This document shows, one piece after another, positions 26,980 to 38,578 of a stretch of 64,000 nucleotides of DNA. Under the pieces are notes generated by a model that was not told the origin of the DNA, ran no database searches, and worked only from the letters and a program-made list of their open reading frames with translations. Each line of letters opens with the position of its first letter. The stretch's first letter is position 1. The position numbers and the translations under genes were made by a program. This DNA comes from Octopus bimaculoides (lineage: Eukaryota), in contig NC_068983.1 in assembly GCF_001194135.2 (NCBI RefSeq), forward strand, positions 19,982,766 through 20,046,765, in the 5' to 3' direction.

Positions 26980-27145
26980 TACGCTGCCGCTGATTAGCTC
27001 CAAGAGGCCATCGCCTCTAGCTAGCTGTGACCATTATAACCTTCGAACAGGGAAGGTCAGCCGCTTCCCTATGCTGGTCTGGCATCTACGGACTAGTTTC
27101 AGGGTGTTTGCCCCTTATCAATGTAGAGCTGCCGAACCCAGCAGG
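26980..27145 (-). mobile_element. 166-bp structured hammerhead-bearing insertion (retrozyme-like or Penelope-terminal-repeat-like)
   Basis: GC-richer segment splitting a SINE B at AAGCC|CGTCG. It contains the hammerhead fold and two further hairpins (27049-27070, 26995-27023). Confidence 0.6.
27072..27143 (-). ncRNA. Type I hammerhead ribozyme fold (U3-A8 core variant, GUC cleavage triplet)
   Basis: Minus strand reads TGCTGG GTTC GGCA GC TCTACA | TTGATAA | GGGG CAAACA CCCT | GAAA | CTAG | TC | CGTAGA TGCC AGA CCAGCA. It has a long bulged stem I, stem II of GGG/CCC plus a G-U pair, and a palindromic ACTAGT stem III. Confidence 0.78.
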
Positions 27146-27151
27146 CGTCGC

Positions 27152-27192
<41 letters not shown>

Positions 27193-28386
27193 CGTGGAGA
27201 AAAGCGAGCAAGATAAATAATATTCTTAAGATTATAAACCTGGAAAATTACCGGACAATTTATTAAATCTGAAAGTACAGAACAAGAACATTTCTACTGA
27301 AAATATTGCAGCTAAGGATAACATTTTAAATAAAATATTTAGATTTAGAAAATATTAGCTTTTATTAAAGCTAAAAATTATATTACAAGTTATAACTTCT
27401 ATTTGTTATTACTTGTAATTGTATCAAAATAAAAAAATAACTCAATAATAACAGTAGTACCTAGTTAGTACAATAAATAGAATATTACAAAAATTAGCTA
27501 TATATTACGGTAAAATCTATCTTTAACTACATATTCACAGTAAAATTTGCTTGAGTTATTGCCTAAATTATTGCCAAGTCTACACATTTTTAGTTTTGAC
27601 CAAATGCCTATCTTTTACATAATGAATTTGCATACGATATATACTATTCTACTTTGCACAAAACTTTAGTTATATTGGTACTTCTGGCTCACATTTTTAA
27701 AGTATTCTAGTGTGTCAATATTTTCAAGAAATGATGGTACGTTTTTAAAATTATAATGTTAGTTTGTAAATTACGATCAAATAATTTTTAATTTTCAAAT
27801 CTTATCGTTAGCTGCAATATTCTAAGTACAAATTTTCTTGTCCTGTACTTTACCAGATGTAATAAGTTGTCCTGAACTTTTCCAAGTGTAATAACGTGTT
27901 CTGCAATTTTCTAGGTTTATAATCTTAAGAATATTTTTTCTTTTGATCACATCTTTTAATGTGATCCATGTTTTTTCCAGGCTATGTTATTATGCTAATT
28001 AATAACCTGTCAAATGTGTCAATTAACGGTGACATTTATTAAAAATCCCCTTATAGAACTATATTCATAAAAACATATAGAACCATATCATCACTCTTAA
28101 ATTTGAGAAACAAATGCTCATAACTTTTTTTCTTTTAGAACTTCATTGCATTAGATTGATACTATAAAATTCCTCGAATTGAGCTCTGTCATTCAAGCTT
28201 AATTAAAATATAGTTTGTTTTTAAAATAAAAAAAAGTTAATTATACTTAAATCCCATTTTCTTGCCTTACTTGTATTTTTTCATGATATTTTACTTCACA
28301 ACTTTCTTTAATGCAACTTTTTGTTGCATGGGAACAAATCTATGAAATTCTTCATGATTTCTTCTATTATTGAAGCTTCTTATCTT

Positions 28387-28672
28387 ATGCGCACTTTTAA
28401 AGCCTATCTAGGGTCATGGGCCCGGTTTCACGGTTTCTATGGTGTATGTGTTCCCCCCAGCTGGACGGGACGCCAGTCCATCGCAGCGTTAGTCAAGAAA
28501 CAGGAAGAAAGAGTGAGAGAAAGTTGGGGCGAAAGAGTATAACAGGGGTCGCCACCACCTCCTGCCGGAGTCTCGTGGAGTTTTAGGTGTTTTCGCTCAA
28601 TAGACACACACAACGCCCGGTCTGGGAATCGAAACCGCATTCCTTCGACCGCGAGTCCGCTGCCCTAACCAC
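28387..28672 (-). mobile_element. tRNA-derived SINE, family C-variant (different head, same 3' tail as 30579-30863)
   Basis: Reverse complement head GTGGTTAGGGCAGCGGACTCGCGGTC...GGTTTCGATTCCC, and tail TAACGCTGCGATGGACTGGCGTCCCGTCCAGCTG...GGGCCCATGA...CTTTAAAAG. Confidence 0.8.
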
Positions 28673-28677
28673 AGTAC

Positions 28678-29095
28678 AAGGACTGAAAAAATAAATCCGC
28701 TTGGCACAGATTGACCTCAAACAATGTTGTGCATGTGCACTAAGCTCTCACACTCTACCTCAATTCCGTTGTTTACAGCACTGCTTAGAAGGAAGGTGTG
28801 TAGCGTGCCATCGTTGCATTTTGCGCGTGAGACCAAGTAACCATGTCGATACCTGTTCAGAGGCCGATATAAAGTTGCAAAAAGTTTATGGAGAGAGTGT
28901 ATGAACCACACACAAGTGTACGAGTGGTTGAGATTGTTCCAAGATGGCCGCAAAAATGTCAACATTGGGGAAAGTGTGTAGCGTGTGAACGTCTCATTGA
29001 CTCTGACAGAGAAAGTTGAGCAGAGAATCTCCATCCAATTTTGTCAAAGCTTGGCGATACCTGCTCAGAAGCCTGTGCAAAGTTTTAAAAAGATT
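28678..29095 (+). mobile_element. Mariner 5' fragment (transposase N-terminal HTH region) with an internal partial duplication
   Basis: DTCSEADIKLQKVYGE; YEWLRLFQDGRKNV; second start TEKVEQRISIQFCQ at about 29000-29050. Confidence 0.8.
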
Positions 29096-29099
29096 TCAT

Positions 29100-29685
29100 C
29101 GTTTTCGATATAATCAAGATCTTGTGCAACTGACATCAGAATATCTTTTTAGACAGATGAAAGCAGTTTTGACACAAAGTTGGCATCCCTAAATCTTCAA
29201 TGATAATTGACGGAACTGAACTGTAACTAGTTTTCACATCCATTGATAATGCATGAATGGTGATTCGACCATATCTCATCACAGCTACACGCACATCTGC
29301 GATGTTTTTCTATTTTCTGCAGGTTGCGGGTCTCCCAGAACGTTCGTCAATAGCCACATTTTTTCGGCCATCTTGGAAACGTCGGAACCACTTGTACAGT
29401 AGTGTGAGACTCATACACTCCTCTCCATACACTTTCTGCAACATTGTGTTGGCCTCTGAGCAGGTATCACCATGACAGCTTTCTCTGTCGTGGTCAAATC
29501 GAGGATCACACGCAACGCACCTTCCACCCAAGCAGTGCTGGAAACAGCGAAAGTGAGCTAGAGCGTTAAATCTTAGAGCACAAGCACAACAGATTTTAAG
29601 GTCAATCTGTGCCAAGCGTCTTTACTCTGTGTACTTTAGCTTCGCTACTATGGAAACAGTCCCGGTACTTATTGATCAGACCTCA
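29100..29685 (-). mobile_element. Mariner 5' fragment with terminal inverted repeat
   Basis: Minus strand begins TA|TGAGGTCTGATCAATAAGTACCGGGACTG. Translation gives DTCSEANTMLQKVYGEECMSLTLLYKWFRRFQDGRKNVAIDERSGRP, then ITIHALSMDVKTSYSSVPSIIIEDLGM. Confidence 0.85.
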
Positions 29686-30578
29686 TATATATACATACAT
29701 ACATACATACATACGTACATAAAACGCATCCATAAAACAAACATACAAATCTGCGCATACACTAACACCAAATACTGCACACACACATGCACAAATACCT
29801 AGATGATGTTGATAAAAGTTCCAGTGAAGGAGACTTGAATCTATGTTAGAGTCCGGCTCTTTCTCTATGGACAAGAAATACAGAAATGAAACTGATTGAT
29901 AATATACATACACACACACATGCATACATACATACATACATACATACATATTTATATATANNNNNNNNNNNNNNNNNNNNNNNNNNNNNNNNNNNNNNNN
30001 NNNNNNNNNNNNNNNNNNNNNNNNNNNNNNNNNNNNNNNNNNNNNNNNNNNNNNNNNNNNNNNNNNNNNNNNNNNNNNNNTATATATATATATATATACA
30101 TTTATATATATGCATATATATATGCATATATGTGTACATGTATAAGGGTGTGTGTACTTTTATTTTGAACGTGTAGCTGATGACTACAATATTGACTCAG
30201 CTACCCACCACCAACACCACCACAATCTCCAATAGTAACCACCTTCTCACAAACACATTAGGGCCAAAAATCAATAGATTTCATCTAAGGTTATTGCATG
30301 ACGATGTCTCATGTGATCATATTAACGACACAACTATGTAGGTGAAATTATATTTATTGATTATAACAATATAATGCGGAAGGCATCCGTAACAAATTTG
30401 ATCACACTAATGGCCGGATTCAGTGGGGCTTTGTCACTCGTAATAGTATCATAAGGTAGGCAATATGTTTCTTCTTCAGTAAGTTATTATATAGTCTCAG
30501 CAGTGAATTATTTAAACTGTATATTTAGATATTAAAGTGAGGTTCAGCATTAAATGTATGCCATGTATGCCGAATTGG

Positions 30579-30863
30579 GGAGGCGCGTGGAGGCGTGTGG
30601 AGACGCGTGTAGGCGCGTGGCTTAGTGGTTGGGGTGTCAGCATCATAATCGTAGGATTGTGGTTTCGATTCCTGGACCGGGCGACGCGTAGTGTTCTTGA
30701 GCAAAACACTTCATTCCACGTTGCTCCAGTCCACTCAGCTGGCAAAAATGAGTAACGCTGCGATGGACTGGCGTCCAGTCCAGCTAGGGAACACATACGC
30801 CATTGAAACCGGGAAACCGGGCCCATGAGTCTGGCTAGACTTTAAAAGGGCGCATTTATTTAT
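30579..30863 (+). mobile_element. tRNA-derived SINE, family C
   Basis: A-box-like TGGCTTAGTGG and B-box-like GGTTTCGATTCC. The central GTGTTCTTGAGCAAAACACTTCATTCCACGTTGCTCCAG is reminiscent of CORE-type SINE domains. Confidence 0.85.
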
Positions 30864-33304
30864 GTTATTATGTGTGCCGAATTAGGTAGATTGAAACTTT
30901 GAGTAAGACTTTCATATGTATTTATGTATGTATGCATGTACGTATGCATGTATGAATGAATGTATGTATGAATGAATGAATTAATGAATGAATGTATGTG
31001 CGTATGCATGTATGTAGGAATGTATTATGTGCTTATGTATGCATGTAGGAATGTTTTATGTGCCTATATAGTTAGGAAGAATGGCAGGCATGCAGGTAAG
31101 TAGGCAGGCACGTAGGTAGGTAGGTAGGTAGGTAGGTAGGTAGGTAGGTAGGTAGGTAGGTAGGTAGGTAGGTAGGTAGGTACGCAAGTAGAACAGTCAC
31201 AGTCACATATGTGGGTTAACTTGATTTCCCAGGAGTACTGGAGGTACCCGTTAATTTTGATAAAGTTGTGTGGTAGGCAGTTCTTCGAGGAAAAAGATAC
31301 CCTAATATAAAACATGCAGTCATTTTGCAACGCTTGTCAACGGAGCCTAGCAATGGCGACCCAGAGAATAAGAAAAGTGTTGTACAGGCTTTTGTTACTT
31401 AAATCCAATGGCATACAAAATTTCACACTCATTTCTGAAAGTGAGACAGCTGTCATGTGACAAGATGAGGAACGTATGTCTGCATGCATGCATACATGTA
31501 TGTATGTATGCGTGTATGTATGCATGTTTATATAAACATAAGTATGCATATATAAATATAAATACATATGTGTGTGTGTGTGTGTGTGTATTTGTGTCGA
31601 AAAAGTGAACGAATTATTAACTTTGGTCAGTTGTCGAAACATGAAATTATCGTAATATCGCTTTGTTACTAGTTTTTTTCTCTGATTCATGAATGCGTAA
31701 CTGTTTTTCTTCTGTTCTTCATTACCTCATCCTCTCTATATCAATGCAGAACAAGCTTACACATAGATATTGTTGAAGGTAGAGTCATGCAGTATTGTTC
31801 TAAAGATCGAAAGAGCAAACATTCCGAATGTTTGAAGAAATGTACAGACAGAAAACCCCTCTTCACTGCGTTTTTGCTATTTCGCTTCGTATTTCTTTCT
31901 CCAACTCACAGTCTTATATTTTCCCTCAAGTTAATTTTCTACACTGATATTGCCTTTCTATCTTTCTGTCACTATTCTTTACTCTGTAGTTTCACCGTTT
32001 CTCCTGATTTTCTCTCTCACTGTCTACAACTTTTTCCAACAGCATCTTCCTCCCTTCTTACTTCTCTTCAAACATCCCTCTTCCGTTTTTGTGCAATGAA
32101 CTGTTCAGCAGATGTACGTTTTTCCCACCCTGGGTATTTTTTTGCCTCATGTCTAAGACTAATGTCAAAATATATATCGTTTTTTCCTCCTGTGTTGTCA
32201 CCGACATCATTATGCATGACTATCCATATAGTTTACTAACCATGATTTGGCGAAGTTTCGACAAACTGAATCCTGAGAGTGAAAAATCATTTACAACCAA
32301 GGCATAAAATCTTGAAAACTGAATTCGAGTGCAGCATCGACTTGAGCCACGGAAATGATCTAATCTCTTTTGGATGCAGTAAGATCAGAGATTCAGTATT
32401 ATATCAAAATGGAGTACGTACCAGAGAATAAAACTTGATGGCTCGGAAATCCTTTATTGTCCATCCTATGCAATTTCAGAACTTCACCTATCGAAACCTG
32501 GTAGGAAACTTCTAACATATATAGAAGAGAATATAAGAGATATGTACAGTCAGTCGTCTGATACCCATCTAGATGTTCCCTTAAATCCAAACATTCGTAG
32601 GGCCTTGAGCTCTACGGCGAGTAGCGAAGTTCTACATTCTATCGATATGGTTGTAAAGGAGGATCCAAAAGTGGCCCTTAAGTAAGCAATTACATATCGG
32701 GCATGACTGACGATGTCTGACCTGGCGCCACTTGGGACTTTGGGTGAAATATTTGCGCCTAATATTTACGGAAGGCTATGCGATACGGAACAGAAGAAAT
32801 CATCCCTTAGCTTTATTCTGTAGTAGTAAAATAATTTGGGCGTGGGGTCCAACAAATATATGTCGATGCGAATTGTTTCTTGGGCCCATTAAATTACGTA
32901 TGCGTGCGTGTGCAAGTGCCTGTGTGTCCGTGTGTGTGTATGTGCTTCTATGTAGTGTAAGCTTACTTGTTCCTCTTGCTGAACTTCTACGTGAGTGTGT
33001 GTGTGTATATATCTATATGTGTATTTGTGTATGTGTGAACGAAATTAATAAAGAATAAATAAATATTGACAGAATCAGGTGCAAATCATGTACATATTAT
33101 ATAATCGTCAAAATATGTTATTACTGTGATATCAAATATCAACTACCTACAGTATCTTATACATAATATTTCCATCTGCTTTCTTGACAATTTCCCCTCC
33201 TGTGTTTACTTAGCATGTACTCACAGATACACACTCATACATATAGATATGGCTTACATACATACAATATATACTTACATAGATTACATACAAATATTCA
33301 TACA

Positions 33305-33335
<31 letters not shown>

Positions 33336-33690
33336 GACTACTATTCAGGAACTGATATCGATATAGTTGCCTATTTCCTCCATCAATGTAGTTGATCATA
33401 TCCCTGAAATAGCAAATATATCTTCTGTCCTCTCAACGTGATAAATATTGCAGAAATCCTTGTTACCAACGGAAGAAAACCCCAACATACAATAAATACA
33501 TAAATACACATACCGAAGCACAACGGTTTTTCCTATCTAAGGTGTTCTTTTTTTAAACCTGGTACCAGTATTTACACACTATTAACTATAGCCTTATCTG
33601 CTTCAGGATTCACCATTCCCCAAATGAATATGCATATGTGCGTGGAAGCGTTGCGTTGAGGGATTGTGTTTATATGTGCATTTGCATATT

Positions 33691-33731
<41 letters not shown>

Positions 33732-34385
33732 NNNNNNNNNNNNNNNNNNNNNNNNNNNNNNNNNNNNNNNNNNNNNNNNNNNNNNNNNNNNNNNNNNNNN
33801 NNNNNNNNNNNNNNNNNNNNNNNNNNNNNNNNNNNNNNNNNNNNNNNNNNNNNNNNNNNNNNNNNNNNNNNNNNNNNNNNNNNNNNNNNNNNNNNNNNNN
33901 NNNNNNNNNNNNNNNNNNNNNNNNNNNNNNNNNNNNNNNNNNNNNNNNNNNNNNNNNNNNNNNNNNNNNNNNNNNNNNNNNNNNNNNNNNNNNNNNNNNN
34001 NNNNNNNNNNNNNNNNNNNNNNNNNNNNNNNNNNNNNNNNNNNNNNNNNNNNNNNNNNNNNNNNNNNNNNNNNNNNNNNNNNNNNNNNNNNNNNNNNNNN
34101 NNNNNNNNNNNNNNNNNNNNNNNNNNNNNNNNNNNNNNNNNNNNNNNNNNNNNNNNNNNNNNNNNNNNNNNNNNNNNNNNNNNNNNNNNNNNNNNNNNNN
34201 NNNNNNNNNNNNNNNNNNNNNNNNNNNNNNNNNNNNNNNNNNNNNNNNNNNNNNNNNNNNNNNNNNNNNNNNNNNNNNNNNNNNNNNNNNNNNNNNNNNN
34301 NNNNNNNNNNNNNNNNNNNNNNNNNNNNNNNNNNNNNNNNNNNNNNNNNNNNNNNNNNNNNNNNNNNNNNNNNNNNNNNNNNNNN

Positions 34386-34440
<55 letters not shown>

Positions 34441-36163
34441 TATATATCTATATAAGATATATGTAGCCGTAATATATGCACGTATAAATACAATCCCTTC
34501 ACACCCCCACTCACAAATATGTTTGTGTGTGGGGAAGGTGTCATTTAGTTATGAGGATTCTGAAGAATTAACGCTCATCCACCTGTAAGATGTCAGAAAT
34601 AGCTAAGTACGACAGAGCTCACATTGAAGCACATCAACGCTGAAGACTCAAAAAGTGGGCAAAATATTGTAGATATGAAAGTACAAAAAACTTAATTGAT
34701 TGCCATTGCTCCTACTCGCCACGAGGTCATTGTGTAACGTTGATATCAAAAAGTAAACATTACGCCATTTGTATATTTTGCTTGCTTCCAAATGCTGGAA
34801 ATTTTTCGTTTTGTGCAAAGTCATGCTAAGTGTTTTGGGTGTGGGCGCGCTCATACGTAACGTTTATTTTCTTGAGATCTTGAGATCTGCTTCACTACTT
34901 TATGTCTTCTACGCTCTTTTTCTTCCGCGGGATATTTCTACCTTTACCGTTCGGAACATCTACAAACTCTCAAGATCCACGCACATCAGATGTTCGGGTA
35001 TACGCCCTCTACTCTGTAGCAAGATGCAATTAATTTCTCTTCTCCTCAACCTTTTTGCTACCACAAAATATCACATCGGGGAACAAGAAATGTTATCTTT
35101 CTCCAGAGCCCTTCAAATATAAAACATATTTCTATTAGAATTTCATCCTATTTTATGTGTTCCATATTAAATCATGATTAATATATATAAAGTATAAAGA
35201 CAGATTTTCTAAAGAAACAGCGTAAAGATAATCAATAAACAGTCTGAAAAGCTTCTCCTGTAAGGAAAGCCTTTTCAAAGTATTCGTCACGAATTATAAA
35301 TCTAAATTATTAGAGATAATATGCTAATATGATTAACATGCATTAATTAGCAACCAGATAATTCACCAGAAAGCTATTTCTACATATTCAGCACCCGGGC
35401 AGCAATGGTTTACTAGTTTAGGTTCATATATTACTTCATACACACAACCAAACACATACACTATATTATGTGTATAAGTTGATAGGTTTACAAATATATA
35501 TATATGTAAATATATATATATATATANNNNNNNNNNNNNNNNNNNNNNNNNNNNNNNNNNNNNNNNNNNNNNNNNNNNNNNNNNNNNNNNNNNNNNNNNN
35601 NNNNNNNNNNNNNNNNNNNNNNNNNNNNNNNNNNNNNNNNNNNNNNNNNNNNNNNNNNNNNNNNNNNNNNNNNNNNNNNNNNNNNNNNNNNNNNNNNNNN
35701 NNNNNNNNNNNNNNNNNNNNNNNNNNNNNNNNNNNNNNNNNNNNNNNNNNNNNNNNNNNNNNNNNNNNNNNNNNNNNNNNNNNNNNNNNNNNNNNNNNNN
35801 NNNNNNNNNNNNNNNNNNNNNNNNNNNNNNNNNNNNNNNNNNNNNNNNNNNNNNNNNNNNNNNNNNNNNNNNNNNNNNNNNNNNNNNNNNNNNNNNNNNN
35901 NNNNNNNNNNNNNNNNNNNNNNNNNNNNNNNNNNNNNNNNNNNNNNNNNNNNNNNNNNNNNNNNNNNNNNNNNNNNNNNNNNNNNNNNNNNNNNNNNNNN
36001 NNNNNNNNNNNNNNNNNNNNNNNNNNNNNNNNNNNNNNNNNNNNNNNNNNNNNNNNNNNNNNNNNNNNNNNNNNNNNNNNNNNNNNNNNNNNNNNNNNNN
36101 NNNNNNNNNNNNNNNNNNNNNNNNNNNNNNNNNNNNNNNNNNNNNNNNNNNNNNNNNNNNNNN

Positions 36164-36222
<59 letters not shown>

Positions 36223-37084
36223 TATACACGCACGCGCGCGCACACACATACGTATACTGTATATATGTGTAACATACGAAATTTCAAGCTATTACTAATA
36301 TCCATATAACACCAGAATTGTCTGTGAAGCTATGTGTTTGTATGTGTGTGTGCATGTGTGTGTGTGTATGCGTGTGTTTGTGTGTGTGAGTGCGCGCGTG
36401 TGTGTGCGTGCGTGTGTGCTTCAGTGTTTCAGCTTATTCGTCTATATGCATTTACTTATGATCACAGTGTCTTTTAAGAAACTGTACTTCACACATGATG
36501 TAAATCTTCTTAGAACATTCATGTTTTCAATAATCTTTTCTTAGATCAACTTCTAAGCTCTTGTATTGAAAATGTGTGGAAATATACGAAGCGGCATTCA
36601 CTAATTGATATATATCTTAGAGTACATAAATCTATTTTCCGTATACCATTTATTCCAAGATTTCCTAAGCCTCGTGTTCTTAGAAACTTGTTATTGCACT
36701 CTGGAATTAGGTTTCATTTGCAAAATGTTAACGTTCTCTTAATTTATGCTGAAGCTGCGTATGCGACTGTCACTGCATTTATTTATTAAGTATGTCTTGT
36801 GTGCAAGTGTATAAGCGCCATCAACATCAGATGTATACATATATGCCTGTGTATGTATTTGTGTATGTATGCATATATTCATATGTATGTTCTTATAATT
36901 GTTTTTATATATATTTTATTGTACCTTGCGATACGTCAATAATAAACACGCACTGGTGCAATCTCCGTTCTTTACTATTAATCAACCGGTTAGTTATTTA
37001 ACAAAAAATGTAATCGAGTACTTGTTTCATCCTTTTATAATCAATCAGATTGCGTGATTTGAAAAAGACCTAGAAATAAGAGCG

Positions 37085-37280
37085 TACGATTGGGGGCTGA
37101 AAAGTTCTGGCTGAAAGTTTACAGAGGTTGAAGGCCCAAACTTCCGAATTTTTTTCCAGGGCTTAGAAAAACTGAAGGACCGCTGCAATAAGTGGGTGTA
37201 TCTGAAAGGGGAATATGTTGAATAAAATCATAATTGACTGATCCTCTTGTATTTTCTTTTACCCGAAACCAGGAACTTTT
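37085..37280 (+). mobile_element. Mariner-derived MITE/deletion derivative
   Basis: Left end TACG...GGGGGCTGAAAAGTTC-TGGCT and right end ACCAGGAACTTTT (inverted). It contains the transposase C-terminus GLEKLKDRCNKWVYLKGEYVE*. Confidence 0.75.
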
Positions 37281-38240
37281 AGTTAGTTTCTTCATTGACT
37301 AATAATAAAGAAGGGTAATTGAGCCAGTGCATGCGTTTATTACTGACATTATGACCTTCCAAGAAACGATAAAATTTGTTTCAGCACAGAAAAATATTGA
37401 CTTTAATAGGATTTGAACTCAGAAAGTGAAAGGCCACAATAAATACCACAAGGAATTATATTTGATGCTCTACTGAGTCCGCCAATTCACAGATCGGAAT
37501 TTCTCAAAACATCTTGCAAAACCAAATGAAAAGGCGAAATATTCATATAAATAATTATATTTAAAAACAGCCAAAACATTTGAAGAAGCATTCGATACCT
37601 TTCATAAAGTAATATGTTGATTTTATTGTTGCAGCGAAAATATTGCTAATTACCTTGAAATTTCTGCTTAGAAGTCATGATCAAACTGTAAATGCAAATT
37701 GTTTTCCAAGGTTGACATATATTTTAATTATGAGCAATTTCCAAATACTGTCATTTTTTTCTATGAACCATACATTTATACCAAGTTTTTGCTACAATAC
37801 GCATATCGTTTCATCAGATTAAAGCTTAAAATTTACCCCAACAAAGAAGGAAATAAAACGATAACAATAAATAATCACATATCTATAAGGATTTCTTTTT
37901 ACATGCCACAAAATACACTATCATATCATAGCTAATTTGCTGGCACATTGCTCCACTCATAAGAAATATTTCTAGCAAATATATAAAAGATTTAGAAATC
38001 TAATGGTGTAGTCTGATGCTTGGCTATTTAGCTGAATCTTCGATCTTCGAGGCGGCTGTCAAATATTTTCTTGTAACAGTCATAAACACAGGCATGCACG
38101 TACACACACACACACACACACATTCGTAAGTTGTCCGTAATTCTGAAAATTAGCAATCTAAAACAAACTTTTTTTCCTGAATAGTAGTATTTTATGTATT
38201 TCTATATGCATATGTGTGTGTGGGGGGGGTGTATGTATGC

Positions 38241-38273
<33 letters not shown>

Positions 38274-38364
38274 TGTATGTGTGTATAATTAGAGATATAT
38301 GATGTATTTTATAAATATGATTATCCAAGTAACATGAAAGCATGTACCTATTACTCTTTTACAC

Positions 38365-38530
38365 TTACTTGTTTCTGTCATTTGACTGCAGCCATGCTGT
38401 AGCACCGCCTTTATTCTTTGTAAGTCTAGTACTTATTCTATCGGTGTATTTTGCCGAACCTCTAAGTTACGGGGATGTAAACACACCAGCATCGGTTGTC
38501 AAGCGATGTCGAGGGAGAAACACTGATACG
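38365..38530 (-). mobile_element. SINE family B 3' half
   Basis: Reverse complement matches 49630-49810 closely. Confidence 0.8.
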
Positions 38531-38544
38531 GAAACATATACACG

Positions 38545-38578
<34 letters not shown>

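Noticed and set aside
31787-32239. 150-aa plus-strand ORF
   Set aside because: It is low-complexity F/S/L-rich sequence from a pyrimidine tract. The antisense purine-rich frames have many stops and no identifiable motif.
35394-35417. CCCGGGCAGC...TACTAG|T resembling a Helitron 3' end
   Set aside because: The hairpin's second arm is missing and there is no upstream Helitron similarity.
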